NCBI GenBank assembly: GCA_012521875.1 | Contig: JAAYLN010000204.1 | Coordinates: forward strand, 1 to 57,269 | Direction of reading: 5' to 3' | DNA: 57,269 bases | Source: Lentisphaerota bacterium | GTDB taxonomy: Bacteria; Verrucomicrobiota; Kiritimatiellia; RFP12; JAAYLN01 | Part shown: piece after piece, positions 54,441 through 57,269 of the stretch | How the letters are laid out: each line of letters opens with the position of its first letter | Position numbering within the stretch: position 1 is the first letter of the stretch | The notes under the pieces: model-generated | The model's database searches: none | Told to the model about the DNA's origin: nothing | The model's input: the letters and a program-made list of their open reading frames with translations, nothing else | Position numbers and translations under genes: made by a program

Positions 54441-55250
54441 TTACGGGATTACCAGGACATCGCCGACCCGCACACGCTCGTTGTTCACCTTGTCGCGGTT
54501 GGCATCGCGGATGCGGGGCCAGAGCGACGGGTCGCCATAGACGAAATCGGCGATGCGGGAGAGCGAGTCCCCCTCGCGCACCTCGTAGGTGCGCGAGGCG
54601 GTCGCGCCGGGGGTCTCCCCAGCGGCGGTGGTCAGCAGCCGCCGCCCGGAAGAGCTGCCTTCTGATCCTGGCGAGGTCTGGAGGCGGTCGACCCAGCGCT
54701 CCAGCCGCTTGATGCGTCCGTTGAGGTCGGCAATCTCCTTCGCCTGCACCGCGTTGGTCTCCATCAGGCGCGTCTTCTCGGCCTCCGATTTCGCCAGGTT
54801 GGCGTTCAGCTTGTCGATCTGCTGCAGCAGGGCCACCTGTCCGCTGGGGTCGCTGGCGGAGAGCTTGCGGGCTGACTGCGTGGCCAGCAATTGCTCGGCC
54901 TTCTGGATGCGGCCGGTGATCATGGCCTGCTTCTCGGTCTTCGGACGCAGCGCCAGATAGCGCCGGTAGTGGTGGATCGCCTCGATGTAGTCGTTGGCGT
55001 GGTCGTGGTAGATCAGGGCCAGTTGCAGATGGGCCGAGGCGGTGGTGGGCGACTGCAGCAGCACCTCCTGGTAGAGGCTCAGCGCCCGGTTGAAGTCGCC
55101 GGCCTGCTCGCAGGCGCGCGCCTGGCGCAGGGTGGGGTGCTGGTGCTCGGCGGCCTCGATAGCGGCGACGGAACGGCGGCAGCCGGTAAGCGCCGGGAGA
55201 CCCGGCAGCAGCAGAAGCAGAAGGGAAAGATGGAAAATGGTGCGTTTCAT
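54441..55250 (-). CDS. Lipoprotein with TPR-like repeats, a coiled coil and a C-terminal LysM domain
   Basis: MKRTIFHLSLLLLLLPGLPALTGC (lipobox). YEVREGDSLSRIADFVYGDPSLWPRIRDANRDKV..VRVGDVLVIP (LysM). Confidence 0.75.
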   Translation of the reverse strand: MKRTIFHLSLLLLLLPGLPALTGCRRSVAAIEAAEHQHPTLRQARACEQAGDFNRALSLYQEVLLQSPTTASAHLQLALIYHDHANDYIEAIHHYRRYLALRPKTEKQAMITGRIQKAEQLLATQSARKLSASDPSGQVALLQQIDKLNANLAKSEAEKTRLMETNAVQAKEIADLNGRIKRLERWVDRLQTSPGSEGSSSGRRLLTTAAGETPGATASRTYEVREGDSLSRIADFVYGDPSLWPRIRDANRDKVNNERVRVGDVLVIP

Positions 55251-55397
55251 GGCGGTTGTGCGGCCGCCTTCGGGAGGCGGCCGGGGGTCAATAGGGTTCG
55301 GCCGGAATAGACGGTGCAATAGTGCGGGATAATGCCGCGAAAGTCAAACGCTAACGGTAACTAAATGTGATCGGCTAGTGACAGGGGGAGCAACAAT

Positions 55398-55543
55398 ACA
55401 CTTTGTCTCAACACTTTGTCTTCGCACTTTGTCCCTTTACGCTTCGTCCCCGCACTTTGGCTCCACGCTTTGTCGAAAATTTGGCGGCTGAAGTGATTCC
55501 GACAAAGCGTAGGGACAAAGTGTAGGGACAAAGTGATCGATCC
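55398..55543. repeat. CTTTGTC arrays as an inverted pair (copy T10, no TTAAG module)
   Basis: Forward units ACACTTTGTC... run to GCTTTGTCGAAAA (55398-55478). After a spacer, reverse units CGACAAAGCGTAGGGACAAAGTGTAGGGACAAAG occupy 55500-55543. Confidence 0.8.
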
Positions 55544-55595
55544 ATTCGGGAGCATCCCCTGTCACCAACCGATTACATGAAAAGCTGTAAAACAG

Positions 55596-55625
55596 TTGAC
55601 CGCATCGCAAGAATTGCTGTATAAT
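55596..55625 (+). promoter_or_regulatory. Sigma-70-like promoter of the second AAA_14/DUF4143 gene (near-leaderless)
   Basis: TTGACC-18 nt-TATAAT. The GTG start at 55633 is 7 nt after the -10 box. The -10 box lies in one arm of an 11-bp inverted repeat (55617-55627 / 55641-55651). Confidence 0.45.
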
Positions 55626-55632
55626 TTCGCAC

Positions 55633-56886
55633 GTGAACGCAAATTATACAGTTTCTCGATATTGCGAGACTCGCTTGCCGTCTCCGGATCAGAGGCGCAT
55701 CGTCATCCTCACCGGTGCCCGGCAGACCGGCAAGACGACGCTTCTGAAAAAGGTCTATCCGACCTTGAGGTATGTCAATCTCGACGTGCTGGAGAACCGG
55801 GAGTGGCTGCGCGGGCTCTCCGCCCTGAACTGGGCGGAGACGCTTGGCAAGGCTGTCATCGACGAGGCCCAGAAGGAACCCTCGGTCTTCGAGAAGGTCA
55901 AATACGCGTTCGATGAGCGAGCAGCCGATTTCACGGCGTTGTCGGGTTCGGCCCAGATTCTCCTGCTGTCGAAGGTCCGCGAGTCGCTGGCGGGACGGGC
56001 CTTCGTCTATGAGTTGTGGCCCCTGATGTTCAGCGAGGTGCTGGGCGGGTCGGAAGCCTTCCGGGAGCCGCTTTGTGCCCGGTTGGCCACCTGCGCCCGG
56101 GTGGGGGATGTGCTGGATGGCATTCCGCCGGAACTGCCGCCGGATGAGACCAACCGCAGGCGGCAGGTGATGAGACACCTTTTGAAGTGGGGCGGGATGC
56201 CGGAGCTGCTGGGGCTGAACGATGCGGACCGGCGTGACTGGCTGCGGTCGTATGAGGCAACGTATCTCGAGCGTGACCTCGGCGATCTGGCGCGGCTGTC
56301 CGATCTCGCGCCCTTCAGGAAACTCCAGCGCCTGACCGCCCTGCGCACGGCCTCGTTGCTCTCCTATTCGGAACTGGCCCGGGATGGTGGTTTCAGTGTG
56401 GACACGGCCCGGCGGTATCTGGAGTATCTGGGCTTGTCTTATCAGACATTTCTATTGCCGCCCTACCACGTAAACCTGACCAGCCAGGTGGTCAAGTCAC
56501 CCAAGGTGTTCTGGGCGGATGTCGGCCTTGCGCGGCAGGTAGGCGGCGTGGGCCGGGCCATGACAGGCGGGCTGTTCGAGACGTTCGTGGTCAGCGAACT
56601 TTACAAATGGGTTCGTTCCAGCGGGGCGGATATGCGCCTCTTCTACTACCGCACACGCTCGGGGCTTGAGGTTGACGTTATCATCGAGACGCCAAACGGG
56701 TTGATCGGGGTTGAAATCAAGATGCGCGAGAAGGCCGGGCATTCCGACGCCGCCGGTCTGCGGCGTGTGGCTGAGGGCGCGGGAAGCAGGTGGCTCGGAG
56801 GTCTCGTGGTTCATGGCGGCACGCGCCTTGAACCGCTTTGCGAGCCCGATATCTGGTCTGTCCCGGCCATTCGCCTGTTGGGATGA
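55633..56886 (+). CDS. ATP-binding protein, AAA_14 + DUF4143-like (second copy)
   Basis: RRIVILTGARQTGKTT (Walker A). AVIDEAQ (Walker B). C-terminal ..KVFWADVGLA..GLEVDVIIE... GTG start. Confidence 0.8.
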   Translation: MNANYTVSRYCETRLPSPDQRRIVILTGARQTGKTTLLKKVYPTLRYVNLDVLENREWLRGLSALNWAETLGKAVIDEAQKEPSVFEKVKYAFDERAADFTALSGSAQILLLSKVRESLAGRAFVYELWPLMFSEVLGGSEAFREPLCARLATCARVGDVLDGIPPELPPDETNRRRQVMRHLLKWGGMPELLGLNDADRRDWLRSYEATYLERDLGDLARLSDLAPFRKLQRLTALRTASLLSYSELARDGGFSVDTARRYLEYLGLSYQTFLLPPYHVNLTSQVVKSPKVFWADVGLARQVGGVGRAMTGGLFETFVVSELYKWVRSSGADMRLFYYRTRSGLEVDVIIETPNGLIGVEIKMREKAGHSDAAGLRRVAEGAGSRWLGGLVVHGGTRLEPLCEPDIWSVPAIRLLG

Positions 56887-57130
56887 ACGCGACCTGGTAC
56901 AAATCACCGAATATGCTTGCATTTTCCGCAGTTTGAGGGTGGTTCTGATACCTTGAAATCCAGTTTTGGGGCGGAGGCGGCGGGTTTTCCAGATGCGTCG
57001 CGCCTTGGTTCGGGTTGACGGGTTGCTCCACCCCGCAAGTGTTCCAGCCGGGGCCGCAGGCAAGGGCGGTCTTTTCATTGTACGGGGGACATCGCCGGGT
57101 CTGCCTCCCCACTTTTGAAAGGATTTTGCT

Positions 57131-57269
57131 ATGTGGTCGCTGGAACTTGTTTGTCTGGCCCTGCTGCTCGCCGCTGTCAGCGGTGTGCCGGGGCTCGGAC
57201 TGCGCCGCCATCTGGCGGGTGGCGAGCGTATCGCCGCCGTATTGATGGGCTGCGCCGCCCTCTGCGGGC
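57131..57269 (+). CDS. N-terminus of a polytopic membrane protein (3' partial; runs off the window)
   Basis: ATG at 57131 is preceded by GAAAGGA 8 nt upstream. MWSLELVCLALLLAAVSGVPGLGLRRHLAGGERIAAVLMGCAALCG stays open to the window end. It resembles N-termini of proton-pumping complex antiporter-like subunits, but that is a guess. Confidence 0.4.
   Translation, partial: MWSLELVCLALLLAAVSGVPGLGLRRHLAGGERIAAVLMGCAALCG

Noticed and set aside
1-57269. Transposase, integrase, phage or conjugation genes that could explain the repeats or the accessory cassettes
   Set aside because: No ORF on either strand shows DDE, tyrosine or serine recombinase, or phage structural motifs. The repeats therefore cannot be attributed to a recognisable autonomous element within this window.

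Overview
GC-rich bacterial chromosomal segment. No rRNA, tRNA, CRISPR array, transposase or integrase was recognised. Most genes are on the minus strand. Housekeeping blocks are pnp-rpsO, glgB-glgA, metH and fabD-fabG-acpP-(SGNH lipase)-fabF followed by an ABC-transporter cluster. Accessory and defence-type genes sit between them: an HNH tail and an RHS fragment at the left edge, vapBC, AbiEi/AbiEii plus an orphan AbiEi paralog, a GxxExxY PD-(D/E)XK cassette, and three NTPase genes (two AAA_14/DUF4143-like, one Arch-ATPase/DUF234-like). One operon encodes an ECF sigma factor, a zinc-finger anti-sigma fused to a YfbK-like VWA domain, and a 2130-aa internally duplicated membrane protein. The most unusual feature is non-coding. 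By my coordinates about 10 kb (roughly one sixth of the window) is gene-free DNA assembled from a shared vocabulary of short modules reused in shuffled order and orientation. These modules are periodic short-motif arrays (TTAAG, CTTTGTC, CCGGTACTG, ACTGCC, AATCCTG, CTTGGCG, AATCACA, GAGGAC) and small GC hairpins. They include at least 10 copies of a roughly 150-bp TTAAG/CTTTGTC composite element and a roughly 580-bp composite present as inverted copies flanking the 9.6-kb fab/ABC segment. Several genes look disrupted: rlmN has an in-frame amber codon, two genes have frameshifts in the same C3-N-C3-GG context, and two junctions join truncated genes. These may be assembly errors or real decay. 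All calls rest on reading the ORF translations and the DNA by eye. No database search was run. The lineage cannot be assigned from this window; the gene content is loosely reminiscent of PVC-group bacteria (inference only).
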